Part shown: positions 27,267 to 40,633 of the stretch, in pieces
How positions within the stretch are numbered: the stretch's first letter is position 1
How the letters are laid out: each line of letters begins with the position of its first letter
Assembly: GCA_012295275.1 (NCBI GenBank)
Contig: CM022671.1
Coordinates: forward strand, 24,986,001-25,050,000
Direction: 5' to 3'
Length of the DNA: 64,000 nucleotides
Source of the DNA: Chrysomallon squamiferum
Lineage: Eukaryota > Animalia > Mollusca
The notes under the pieces: generated by a model
The model's database searches: none
The model's input: the letters and a program-made list of their open reading frames with translations, nothing else
Told to the model about the DNA's origin: nothing
Position numbers and translations under genes: made by a program

Positions 27267-27700
27267 CTTCTTTTCTCCTTGGGATTTTAATCAAACTCTG
27301 ACTGCCAGTGTTTTGTGCAGCGCGCAGAAAAAGATTAACGTAAATAATTATAAAGGAAAATACGCGCCAGTTTATATATTTCTAATTTAACCAACTGTTT
27401 AATAGTATTTCTACTCTTCAAGAATTACCTTTTAGTTCAGATTCATAATCATATACAAACACATAGTTATATATTAAAGTTACTATTATTGCTAGTGTTT
27501 CTAAGACAAAAACAACAACTACTACTGCTACTGATATACTACTAGTATTATTTCTACTACAAATATTGCTCCTACTAATACATCAAGTATCATTCTACTA
27601 CTACTACAACTACTACTACTATTTATTAATTATTTTTATTATACCAAAACGTAATGCCTGTGCCACTGCTGTCACTAACCTACCTATGCTACTTCTTCTT

Positions 27701-27739
<39 letters not shown>

Positions 27740-28568
27740 TCAGTCTATCGCTGCTATTACTACTATTGCATAAATAATATTAATATTGCTGCAGCGGCTT
27801 CTGCTATACTAATTTCAATAACCAAATGTTATCACTACTCTTCAGACAAGAACTCTGAGTACTTTTTATTTTGTTCCGGTTATTAAATGTTGAAGGTGTA
27901 CAAAGTTCATTCTAGATAACTTCAAGTGATCAATACAAATTTATATTATTTATTTATAACTGTAATAGACATTATTTTTGTATATAGATAGATAGATAGA
28001 TAGATATATTCACATTTGTCATGATCATTCTGAACATAATTATTATTATAAGCATAATTATACTAATCATCAGAATTCTTATAATGATCGTCTTCACTGG
28101 CATCATCATCATCATGTCATTTTTTGAAAGGAAAACTCAAAATTAATGCAGTAACGAATAAAGAAGCAATAATAATTTTAAAAAACCTGCAACAAAACAA
28201 AATATCATCCAGACAGTGTATCAGTATCAGAAATAAAACTGTAGTCTAGGAATAAACAAAACAATATTTCAATATGTTTAGCAATTCTAATGCAATAATA
28301 ATAGTTTCATGTGTAAAATTGACTAAAACAAATATTATTAACAAAACCAGACATTAAATATTATTCCAGACCTGTGTCCTCAAGCTTATTACTTTTGAGA
28401 GGGAGCTACTGAGTCATTCACATATCTCGATTTTGTTTCACTATTCCCATGGCATACAGAACGTATTGCACGATATAGAATCGTTTGAACAAGATGTAAA
28501 AAAGTAGCTATATAAATTTTCCGATTTATTTAAAAAAAAATCATCTTCTTAATTTTCTCCTGTAATTA

Positions 28569-29546
28569 TTAGTTTTCTCCTGTCATTTGAAAATCATTTG
28601 TTGTTTTTATAACGCTAACTTCTGTACTTTGTTGCTTGTCTATGTTTCCAGTCGGCACGGCTCTCTCTGAAGGATCCTTGGTAGTTTTACCGCTTGTTTT
28701 CTTTATGCAAACGTGACAACACATGTTCGTCGCGGTATATCTGAAATTGCGCATCAGAAATAAATATCCAACGGGTTTCATCAAGTTCCAGAAAAAGTAG
28801 GCGATAATCACTGATATCATTACTCGTGAATCAACGATGTGAAGGGAGTAAACGACGTGAAATGGCAACTGTGTCAAGACGTACGTGATGAAAATGATCG
28901 TGTTGAAATTAGCCAAACGTATTTTGCTTTCTGTTGTTTGCTTAACGTTAGAATTAGTCAAAATTGAAGCATTTTTATATCTGGTTATTTTTATCATACA
29001 TACAGTAATTACAATGAATGGAACTGCAGTTGTACTTGTCATGTTAAGAGCTCCAACCCACCAGTTCGTTGAAGTGTAGTTAGGATCGAGTCTCTTTGAA
29101 TGTTCATTCACCGTGTAAAACGTCCCTTCTACATAAACGTAACATAACACCAAGGGAACCCAAAGCCAGATTACTGTCATATATATCTTCACTCTCTTCA
29201 CTGTAACGTAAACTATATATTTTAAAGGGTTGCATATAGCAATAGACAGAACTATGCTTAACCCCATCATAGAGAAACATTTAACGGTTGCTAAGGCAGG
29301 CATCAAAGCCGAAATGAAGACAAATTTTGACTTGATAAAGTACATTACTGTATTGATTTGAAACATTATGTCTGACACAGCTTCGTTAACCATGAACAGA
29401 CCAATAACTCCAGAGGTCATTGCAGATTTTACAAGAACTACTAGTGTGAAGATACTTGTTGAAAATGAAAACAGTATAACAGAACTGCCCCCCGCAACAA
29501 TACCTTTAGATATAACGTCAGAGGAATTGGTTACATTCACCGACAT
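28569..29546 (-). CDS. Intronless class-A-like 7TM receptor, copy A4 (325 aa)
   Basis: Intact ORF; C-tail nearly identical to A3. Confidence 0.9.
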   Translation of the reverse strand: MSVNVTNSSDVISKGIVAGGSSVILFSFSTSIFTLVVLVKSAMTSGVIGLFMVNEAVSDIMFQINTVMYFIKSKFVFISALMPALATVKCFSMMGLSIVLSIAICNPLKYIVYVTVKRVKIYMTVIWLWVPLVLCYVYVEGTFYTVNEHSKRLDPNYTSTNWWVGALNMTSTTAVPFIVITVCMIKITRYKNASILTNSNVKQTTESKIRLANFNTIIFITYVLTQLPFHVVYSLHIVDSRVMISVIIAYFFWNLMKPVGYLFLMRNFRYTATNMCCHVCIKKTSGKTTKDPSERAVPTGNIDKQQSTEVSVIKTTNDFQMTGEN

Positions 29547-29825
29547 CGTTGTTTCTTCTTCGGTATGAACATACGACTTGTCCTTTTATATGAACATATA
29601 AACCTTCCTGATTTCACGCTGATGTAGTACATGTGAAACAGAAATAAAAATTCTTCCTTTTAGGGGAGTATCTTTTGAAAATGATTATACGTTGAAAATT
29701 ATCCTTATTAAAATAAAATCGAATTTTTCATATCCATACTACTTTCTTTCTTCTTCTTAATATTTGAAACAAATATCTCAGTACTTAGTTTTTGAGAGAA
29801 ATAATGTCCGCGCTAATTTCTACAT

Positions 29826-29915
29826 CTTTTATACTCTACTTTCTAATGCGTCTCATTGGTCAATATGTGTGAAATAAAATTGTACTCAGAATGTTGATTG
29901 ACAACATGACTTACA
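29826..29915 (-). promoter_or_regulatory. Putative A4 promoter module
   Basis: CTTTTATA 29826, ATTGG 29855, TGATTGACAA 29895. Confidence 0.5.
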
Positions 29916-30446
29916 TGTAGGTAGTTACGTTTCTATCTGTTGGATGTATAACAAAAGGTCGTTTTTTAATTATGTTGTTGTTCTGAATACGACAAGGCAG
30001 GCGTTTAAGTTCGTTGTTAAATCTCTCTTCGTTATTATCTGGTCTTTTGTTTTCTTATTTCCGATCACATTCATAGACGCAGTTAAGTAATCAGGGTATT
30101 TAACTGCGATAGACAATAACATCATAACATTTTTATTGATAACTGGTAATTCGCTACACTCTAATCACTAAACTATACGCATGTTGACGGAGTGCGTTAC
30201 TTTCATAATTGTGAACGGCGCTGAAAAAATCACATAACTGTTGTTACGTTTTCAACATTTTTGTAGATGTAAATGTAAATAATGATCGCGCTAATTTCTG
30301 CATCTTTTATACTCTAAATAAAGATTCTGTACAAGTATAAATGTGCATATATATGTGTGTGTGTGTGTGTGTTTCTGTGCGTGTGTGTGTGTGAAGTTGT
30401 ATGTATGTGTGTAAATGTGTATATAAATTAAATCAATAAATATATA

Positions 30447-30480
30447 TACAGGGTGGCCCAAAAGTAGGTTTACAGTTATT
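30447..30480 (+). mobile_element. Solo Tc1/mariner-like terminal inverted repeat
   Basis: TA|CAGGGTGGCCCAAAAGTAGGTTTACAGTT follows a TA run. It is absent from the paralogous site in unit A3 (~24620). No partner TIR seen. Confidence 0.5.
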
Positions 30481-31444
30481 ACGTAGGCAATTTATTTGAA
30501 AAAAAATAAACACACGCACACACATAAGCATATTCATACGTTTTTAAGAATACATGCATTTTCATATACACGAATAATGGTACCTAATCTCATCTTCGGA
30601 AACTGTGTAGACACTGCAAGAAAATTGTCATATTTGAAGTTATTGTTTACAAAATACTGGAAAAAAACAGAACTGAAATGTAGAGAAAATCACCAGATAT
30701 GTCGAGCAGCTGGTGTGAGTAGAGAATGCCGTGACGTCATTGAATTAAGTGACGTTTATTCTCTATAGGTAGATACACAGAGAGATACATGTGTATTAAT
30801 ATTAAATAAAACAAAAGAAGACGTAAAATATACGTCGTATAACATCGTACAAGCAAAGTTATAACACATTTTCCCTTTTTATTTTATTTTATTTACATTT
30901 AATGAAAAATTTGATACACACACACACACATGCACGTACATATTATTTTTTCTTCTTAAGAACACAGCGACTGAAATCGTTAACTTTTACCAATGTACGT
31001 ACTTAGTCATGCACGTATGTACCTGAAATAAAAATAACAATAGAATATAAGAAAAACAAAAGCAAACAATACTAGCCATGTATTTATTTCACTGCTTAGT
31101 ATGTTTAGTCATCTTAGTCCTGATTACGCGAAACCCAAGTATGTAAACAAATTGTTTTCGGTTCCGATTGTAAATCAAGGGAAATAACTCTATACTCTAA
31201 CACCTTCCTCTCTATAAAGCTCTATACCGAATGAAAACTAGATGCCGCAGTTATCCATTTTGTACCAGGTTATAAAAGAAATGTAAAAATTATAATACGC
31301 TTAATATTATATATAGAGATAAAAAGGCGTTTCGTGATCTTATTGTTGATAAACCTAGACACAGCTCTGTGTTTCTTTGGTAATACTTTAGCAGAAATTA
31401 AATTAGCGATCATCTACTGACATTGATACATACACATACATACG

Positions 31445-31550
31445 CTTAAACACTGGGACAGGTCTAGTAGCTAGTTTCTACAGGTCAAAACCAATGTTCG
31501 TAATGGCTTTGGTTGCAGCCTTTCCCTCTGTTAAATATTTTTCTGGACAG
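31445..31550 (+). pseudogene. Short B-type remnant (end of TM2 to TM3), head-to-head with A4
   Basis: ...caaaaccaatgttcgtaatggctttggttgcagcctttccctctgttaaatatttttctgga matches the B copies and ends at the same truncation junction. Confidence 0.65.
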
Positions 31551-32203
31551 GATAGGAGAGGATAAATTAAACATCAGAAGAATCATTGGCGAAGTGAGTG
31601 ATTCTGTGTGTTGTACGAGTTGTGTTAATAATGGAGACAACTGAGATTATTAACAAAATATTGCTAGTTATTTACTTATTTATTTTTATATTATTGTTAC
31701 ATACACGTGCTATATTCTACAGTATTCATCATTAATCAACTATTATGTTTGGAATAGTTTAAATTAGCCGTTGTTATCATCATATTTCAAAACCTTTTTC
31801 ATATCCATACCACTTTCCTTCTTCTTCTTCGTATGAGCTTGAAAATAATGCTTTGGTCACCACATGTTTGATGGGTAACTTATGTCTTATCTTTTCAAAC
31901 AAATATCTCAATTGGTTTTCTTCATGTATTCACGATTTCAGTTTGGCTCAGTAAGTAAAAGTGATTATACAGTTCAGATAACTATGATTATGTGTGAATT
32001 TAGACTTAGTTTAAACTGCAAAGACCATAATTTCATTGTTATAATAAAACAGTTTATTTATTTCACTTCAGATTGTTTTTAATTTCGAAATTTTAATATA
32101 TTTAAAGAAAGGACATACTGTTTTATTGTTTGTTTCTGAACCTCACATGCAAAGTGCTTAAGTTCAATCTCTCTTCGTTAATAAATTGTTGGTTTTTTCG
32201 TGT

Positions 32204-32238
<35 letters not shown>

Positions 32239-33000
32239 TGTTTTGTTTTATTTAATCACATTCATAGAAACAGGTAAACAAATAATCGCGTGAGATAGGA
32301 AGGTAGTTAGGTAGCTATGTAGAATGACAAATACTAGTGTGTGTCTGTGTAGCTTCATAACAATAGATAATAACATCACGGCTTTTTATTTAAAAATTGG
32401 GAATTCCCTGTACTTTAATCACTAAATTATGTATGTATGTAAGGTTACTGGTTTCTGTAGACATACAATATACGTCGTATAACACAGCGCAAGAAAAATT
32501 ATAATATTTTCCGTTTTTATTTTATTTGATTTACTTTTAATGACAAATTTGATGCATTTTTATACATATATGTGTCCTTGTGTGTATGTATGTATGTACG
32601 TATGTGAGTGTGTGTGTAGATTTATATATATATATATATACGTATGTATATTGATTATATTATAGAGAAACCTACACAAACACACACTCAACATACTTAT
32701 ATACATAAACACTTTAGTGATTAGAGTGTAGGGAACTACCAATGATCAATAAAATGTCGCGATGTTATTAAATATTAAATATCGTTATGAAGTTATGTGT
32801 ATACTTCATTCCACTTACCTATCTAACTACCTTTTTAATCTTACGCGATCAGGTTCAGAAACAAAATAACATAATTAGGTAATACAAACACACCGATTTC
32901 TGTAAAAAAATAAAAATAAAATAAATTAAAAAATAAAAACCTTTTCTTATACATCTAATATATAGAAACGTAACTACCTGCCTGTATATATATATACACA

Positions 33001-33091
33001 GTAGGTCGTGCTGTCAATCACAAGTCTCAGTATATACTTTTATTTTACCTGTCTTAACCAATGAGAAACACAGATAAGTAGAATATAAAAG
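33001..33091 (+). promoter_or_regulatory. Putative A5 promoter module
   Basis: TAGGTCG 33002, CTGTCAATCA 33011, CCAAT 33058, TATAAAAG 33084. Confidence 0.5.
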
Positions 33092-33382
33092 ATGAAAAGA
33101 TTAGCGTAATCACATTTCACTCATCAAATTAGTAGTGAAACGTGAAATTTTGTTTCAAGAAAACAGAAACACAAAAAAACCCACTAAATAAAAAAATGAA
33201 ATATCGATTTTTTTTTTTTTTTTTTTTGGTTTTTGTTTATAAGGATAATTTTCAAAAGATATTCGCCAGAAAGGAAGAATTTCATTTCTGTTTCGCATGT
33301 AATTCATCAGCTTGAAATCAGGAAGGTTTATATTTTGATATAAAAGGACAAGTCGTATATTAATACCGAAGAAGAAACAACG

Positions 33383-34362
33383 ATGTCGGTGAACGTAACC
33401 AATTCCTCTGACGTTATACATAAAGGTATTATTGCAGGGGGCAGTTCTGTTATACTGTTTGCGTTTTCAATGAGTATCTTCACACTGGTAGTTCTTGTAA
33501 AATCTGCAATGACCTCTGGAGTTATTGGTCTGTTCTTGCTTAACGAAACTGTGTCAGACATAATGTTTCAAATCAATACAGCAATGCATTTTTTCAAGTC
33601 AAAATTTCTCTTCACTTATGCTTTGGTACCTGCCTTAGCATCTGTTAAATGTTTCTCTATGATGGGGTTAAGCATTGTTCTATGTATTGCTATATGCAGT
33701 CCTTTGAAATATATGGTGTACGTTACAATGAAGAGAGTGAAGATATATATTACAGTAATCTGGCTCTGGGTTCCCTTGGTGGTGTGTTGCGTTTATGTAG
33801 AAGGAACCTTTTTTACGATGAATGAATATTCGAAGAGATTTGATCCTAACTACACTTCAACGAACTGGTGGGTTGGAGCTCTTAACATGACAGGTTTTGT
33901 TGCTGTTCCTTTCATAGTAATTACTGTATGTATGATAAAAATAATCAGACATAAAAATGCTGCAATTTTGACTAATTCTAACGTTAAGCAAACAACAGAA
34001 AGCAAAATACGTTTGGCTAATTTCAACACGATCATTTTCGCGACGTACGTCTTGACACAGTTGCCATTTCACGTCGTTTTCTCCCTTCACATCGTTGATT
34101 CACGAGCAATGATAGCAATGATTATCGCCTACTTTTTGTGGAACTTGATGAAACCCATTGGTTATTTATTTCTGATGCGCAATTTCAGATATACCGCGAT
34201 GAAAATGTGTTGTCATGTTTGCCTAAAAAAACAAGCGGTAAAACTACCAAGGATCCTTCAGTGAAAGCCGTGCCGACTGGAAACACAGACAAACAACAAA
34301 GTACAGAAGTTAGCGTTATAAAAACAAGAAATGATTTTCAAATGACAGGAGAAAACCAATAA
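33383..34362 (+). CDS. 7TM receptor copy A5; 1-nt deletion in an A-run at ~34225 shifts the C-tail (ORF stops at 34264; the paralog-like tail continues in another frame to 34362)
   Basis: All seven TMs and helix 8 are intact. The sequence reads cct-aaaaaaa-caagc (7 nt) versus cct-aaagaaaa-caagc (8 nt) in A8. ORF 34138..34362 carries the normal tail KKTSGKTTKDP...GENQ. Confidence 0.8.
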
Positions 34363-34978
34363 ATACACGAGACAATTAAGAAAAGGATTTTGTAATTTAA
34401 ATAAAACAGATACAAAAATAGTTACTTTCTCTAGAGCTTGTTCAAGGGATTCGAGTATATCGTGCAGTACGTTCTATGTACCATGGAAATGGTGAAACAA
34501 AAACGAAATATGTGAATGACTCAATAGTTCCCTCTCAAATTTATAATTAAATTCCGAGTTGGTACTGTTGGACAATTATATTAATAAACTATTACATATG
34601 AAATATTTCATTATTGCATTACAATTGTTAAACATATTGAAATAATATTTTGTTTATTCCTAGACTACAGTTGTAGTTCTGACAGTATCTGTATGATATT
34701 TGATTTTTATTTTAATTGTTACTTCATTAATTTTGAGTTTATCTTTTAATAATGATGATGACGAAGATGATAATCATTGCAATAGTGCTTAAGATGATGA
34801 GTATAATTATGCTTATAATAATCACTGTGTTCGGAATGACCGTGATAAATCTGAATATATATAGTATATACAGAAATAATGATTTATTTATTTCAAAGTA
34901 ATGCTTGTTCTTTTATCATGATAATCATCATTACCATTATCATTATCTCATTATTATTATCATCATTATTACTATTAC

Positions 34979-35009
<31 letters not shown>

Positions 35010-36377
35010 AAGATTAACTGCATTGTTATCGATTTATATTAAATAATTTTTTTAAAATATAAATAATTGTCAATTTTCGCTAAATCTTCTAATTCTGTGA
35101 AATTACATATCACTTCTACTGGTTTGTTTGTAGAATCCAGTTGGTACACTTTCAACACTTAATAAGTGGATAAAGTGAAAAATAAAGCACTCAAAGTTGT
35201 TGTTCTGAAAAGTAATAATAATATTAGCAGTAAAACAGACTCAGCAGCAATAGTAATAATAGTAATAGTAGCAACAGTACCTGTAGATTGATAGAAGTTG
35301 TGGTGGTGGTAGTAGTAGTAGTAGTAGTTGTAGTAGTAGTAGTAGAACAATAAGTAGAATATGTAGGTTAGTAACCGTAGTAGGAGTGGGATTACGTTTT
35401 GAAATAATAATAATAATAATAATCATCATTATCGTCGTCGTCATCGTCATTATTATTATTATTATTATTGTTATTATTACTAGAAATAATACTTGTTATA
35501 TTAGCACGAGTAATACTTGTAGTAGAAATATTAGTAGTTGATGTAGCAGAAAAAGAAGTAATAGTTGTAGTTGTTGTTGTTCTTATTGTTGTTATTGTCT
35601 TAGCAACAAATATCAGTAATACTGACGTTAATATTTAACTATATATTTGTAGATGATAATGAATCTGAACTAAAAAGTAAATCTTGAGGAGCAGAAATAC
35701 TATTAAAGAGTCATTAGAAAATTTGCATCAACCTAATATATAAAAGAAATACGTAAACTGGCGCCGACTTTCCTTTTTAATTATTTACGTTATTCATTTT
35801 CTGCGCACTGCACAAAACACTGGCAGTCAGAGTTTGATTAAAATCTAAAGGAGAAAAGAAAATTAAAAAAAAAAAATTAAATGGCTAGTACATATATATA
35901 TATATATATTATTCTAATAGCGTTGTTTCGATAATACTGTTGAATTTAATTTCACATTGACTGTAATCTTCAAAGCCATTTTACTAATATTTTTATTATC
36001 AATAAAAATGTTTGTTGTGATGTAGGTTTTCCATTTTCGATGATTAAATCCTTTCAGTTGGTTTGTTATATATATATATTTTTTTTGTCAAAACTTTTAC
36101 ATTTGAAATGATTAGTGTATACTTTTTTGCCGCGTCGGTTCTGTTGTTCCTTTTTTCTTATTTTTTTTAAAAATTATTTTCATAATCCATAATCCATATT
36201 CGCTCAGTTAATTAACCCATATTTAAAATGCTATTCACAGAACACAGATAAAAAGGTAAAGATCTAAAGTAATTTTAAGTTAGTAACAAATATTTAAAAA
36301 AACAAGTAAAACAAAGGAAAGAAAACGAAAAAAGAATAATATTAAATGAAGAATACGCACAAATATGTGTAAATGTT

Positions 36378-36416
<39 letters not shown>

Positions 36417-37058
36417 TTTTGTTTGTTTGTTTGTTTATTTATGTTTATTTATTTATTTATTTCTGTATTTACTTATTTGTTTATTTGAATATATATCTTT
36501 TTGTTTTTTCATTCATTTACTTGTTACTGATTTATTCATTTTTTTCTTTTCCTTTTTCTTTTTTAATTACATATAAGTTTACTAGACGAGTCAATACAAG
36601 CACTAACTTTTGTATTTTAGATTCTATACCAGATTCTTCAAATGAACTGTTTTTTACGATTTATTTTGCTACTTACTTTTTGTAAGTAAAACAGAGCAAT
36701 TCAAAATGCTAGTTTAACTATTAAGGTGATTTCACATATTTACTTACTTTAAATAAGAATGTTACACCAGAACGTTTGGAAGTGCAGAAACACCGAGAAA
36801 ACGGCAAATCCATTAATTCAGTGTATTTATTATTACTTAATTTTAGATGAGCTTTTTAACACAAAAATAAATTCATATTGAAAAGGAACAAACATAAACT
36901 AGAAGTAACATCCCTTCTCTTTTTTGTATTATTATTGTTATTATTATTATTATTAATATTATTATTATATTCTAGCTTGTGGATATATATACATATATAT
37001 ATTGGTACTCTTATACTATTATTGTACTACAAAGTTGATTCTAGAAACATACCAGTAG

Positions 37059-37109
<51 letters not shown>

Positions 37110-38548
37110 GAAAAACGAATTAATTTATATTCAGTAGATTTTGTGCCATGTCAACAAAGTACTTAAATTATATATTTAGCCTATACAGAGCCTGGAAATC
37201 AACATATTTCGTTTAATTGTGTTGTCATTCAGCATAACAACATCGAATTAGCTTTAATATCCACTCTATTGTCATACACATGAAAAGCATTTTAAATGAT
37301 CAAAGTAAACATTTTACTGCAACTGAAATTTAATAGAATTGTTACCGCAACTTATGTATATAAAATTACTTTACAGAATGAGCATATTAATTTACAATCA
37401 TTGCTTTGATTTTGTGTTATTGATTCAGCAATTCTTTCAGATGAACGGTATTCTAATCATTGAAAAATTCGTTATAACCGGTTCTTACTTTAAAACAATG
37501 TCTTTACCAAAATAAGAATATTATGATCACAATTCCTTTTTTCATGAGATTATTCCATTTCATTTTGTCTGTTTGTTTTCCTCTTTTTCGCTTGGAATAA
37601 AATATTATTAATTCTAAAACAATTTGTCTTTTCTTTTCTACTTACACATAACGTTATGCAAAGTTAATATATTTTAACTATTTAAATAATGTACTTAAGC
37701 AAACATTGCATTTCAAATCGTTTACCAATTTATGCTGACACGATAATTATGATTAGTTCAGTAAACAGTTTCCCTTTAGTGTAATTAATTCCTTAAAGCT
37801 AGATTCCCCCTCTTACTTTGATATATATACACATTTATATATACATATGTGAGTCTGTTTGCGAGCGTATATATGTGCGCGTGGGTGCGTCTGGGTGTAT
37901 AAAAGGAAAGACACGATTCTATGAATATATATAAGATCGTAAGTCACCAGAGAATGAAACAATGAGTCCATTAACGGAATGTTAGTTTAGTTCTGATCAA
38001 ATGAATGATAATCTGCCTTTTGTAGTTGGCTTGGCTTTACTATTATTGACTGTTAGAGGAACTTTGCTTTGTAACACTGGGTAATGTATATTTCAGAACA
38101 AATTGTAGACAAAGTAATTCATCATTGCGTTATTTCCTATCCGAATTAATACCTTCTTTTTTATTTTTGAAATTAAAATGCAGGTATAGTATAGTAAGCA
38201 TATTTATAGTTATGAAGGCTCTATTGTACCGTAATAATACATTTTCATATCAAAAGTTGTGTTATTTTTCCTTTCTAATCTACAATATTGTTAATTACTT
38301 ACTTCCTGCTGACTTCTAAAGAAGACTCTTTTTTCATTTTTCTTATTACTATTTGTTGCAAGAAAATTTTAATAATATAAATAAGATAAAGAAAAAACAC
38401 TAGTTTTTTCCAGCATTAAAAATATTTAAGACACACAGATAGAATGAAATGAAACAATCTCATGAAAAAGTAATAGTTATTAGCAGTTTATATTTTCTAC
38501 CGTATATCAGGTTAATTAGTTGATTAAAAGTGTTGTTTCTTTGTTTTG

Positions 38549-38619
<71 letters not shown>

Positions 38620-38964
38620 CACCATCATCAAAACTCACGTTTGTACATAATTATTTTAATAATAGCGTGTGTAGAAAACGTTTTCGAATATGATGGATGA
38701 TAACAGACTAATTTCAACTTTGCAAAGGTAATAGTTTTAAATCTTGTTTAATGATGAATACTGTTGAATATAGCACGACTATGTAACAATAACATAAAAA
38801 AAGAATTAAGAGTATATTAAACAGCAATATTTTACTAATGATCTCTTTTGTGAATTCTCAGTAATATTCACTTGTCTCCATTATTAAAACAACTCATACA
38901 ATACACAGAATCACGCACTTCGTCAACATTTCATCTCATGTTTTATTTATCCTCTCGTGTTTTA

Positions 38965-39251
38965 TCCAGAAAAACATTTAACAGAGGCAAAGGCTGCAAC
39001 CAAAGCCATTATAAACATTAGTTTTGACTCGTGGAAACAGGCTATTAGAAATGTCGCGGTGTTTAAATGTCACATCGTTTCGGCTAGAAGCTCCTTGGTC
39101 ACAAAGTGGCCAATGACACCGAAATTTACCCATGACTTTGCAGCAGTCATCACTATGAAGATGTTTAAAAATGTCACACTATAATACAGCTGTTTGCTAT
39201 TATGATATCTTCAGAGAAGATAGCACAGATATTAGCTACAGTCATTAACAT
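38965..39251 (-). pseudogene. 5'-half B-type pseudogene, head-to-head with A6
   Basis: MLMTVANI..., VIGHFVTKELLAE, AFASVKCFSG, then truncated; contains in-frame stops. Confidence 0.75.
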
Positions 39252-40183
39252 GCTTAAACCCTGTTCAAAATTAATATCGCATTCATTCAATTTTCAAATA
39301 GAATCTTAACAGCTGTACACTTAAGCATGGACAAATATTAACAGATATTAAAGTATTATTTGAACACGGAATATATTGTTGTTCTTTATAGGAAATACCC
39401 TCACGGATATTATCTTTTTTTTCTTCTATTTTTCTTTCCTTATACACCGATAACTGTCTTATAGATAATTATATGTGCATATGTGCACATGTATATATGT
39501 ATGTGTGTATGTGTCTATGAATGTGTGTGTTTGTATCCGTGATTATATGTGATTATATAATTATGTATGTATCTGTGTAAGTGTGTATGTATGTATGAAT
39601 GTATGTGTGTATGTATGTAAATACGTAAGTATGTGTGTGTATGTATCAGTGTCAGTAGATGATCGCTAGATTTCATTTCTGCTAATGTATTACCAAAGAA
39701 ACTCCGAACTGTCTCTAGGTTTATCAACAGTAAGATCACGAAACCCCTGTTCATCTCTATATATAATAATAATAATTACACATCTAACTCTCTATTTACC
39801 TACGTAAAGAGAATAAACGTTACTTAGTTCAACTGCAGAAGAATGGCAGTACGATACACATATACACTCACACACCCTTCACACACATACACGCATTAGT
39901 ATTTGTCATTCTACATACCTACCTAACTATCTTCCTATCTCAAGCGATTATTTGTTCACCAGTGTCTATGAATGGCACTGGAAATAACAAAGTAAAAAAT
40001 ACAATGAAACACTTAACAGCAAAGAGAGATTTAACAATGAACATAAGCGTTCGGCATATCACGTTCTGAAACTAACAATCTGATTACAAAGTACAAACCC
40101 ACCAGTTTCTCTAAAAAGACAAACACACTTTTGATATACAACCAATAGATAGAAACGTAACTATCTGCCTGTATATACATGTA

Positions 40184-40277
40184 TATGTAGGTCATGCTGT
40201 CAATCAAATTTCTCATTATATAAATTAATTTTATATATGATAACCAATGAGAAACACTAGAAACGAGAGTACAAAAG
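40184..40277 (+). promoter_or_regulatory. Putative A6 promoter module
   Basis: TATGTAGGTCA 40184, CTGTCAATCA 40197, CCAAT 40244, TACAAAAG 40270. Confidence 0.5.
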
Positions 40278-40633
40278 ATGCAGAAATCAGCGCATTCACA
40301 TTTCTCTCACCAAATCAGTAGTGAAACATGTTGTATTCAACTTATTAAGACAAGATATGATTTAACTTCATACAAGTGGTGAGGAAAGAATTATCTTCAA
40401 GAACGTAGCAAGAAGAAAAAGGAAAGTGTTATGGATAAGAAAAATTCGAATTAATCTTGATAAGGATAATTTTCAACATTTAATCATTTTTAGAAGATAT
40501 TCCGCAGAAAGGAATTTTCAAGTATTTTAATTCCATTATTGTTTCTCTTGTACTACATCAGCTTGAAATCAGGAAAGTTTAAATTTTGATATAAAAGAGC
40601 AAGTCGTATATTAATACTGAAAAGGAAACAACG

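Noticed and set aside
33338-33346. Second TATAAAAG-like motif ~40 nt before each A start
   Set aside because: It would leave only a ~10-15 nt leader, varies among copies and lacks the CCAAT/decamer context of the distal module; not excluded without TSS data.
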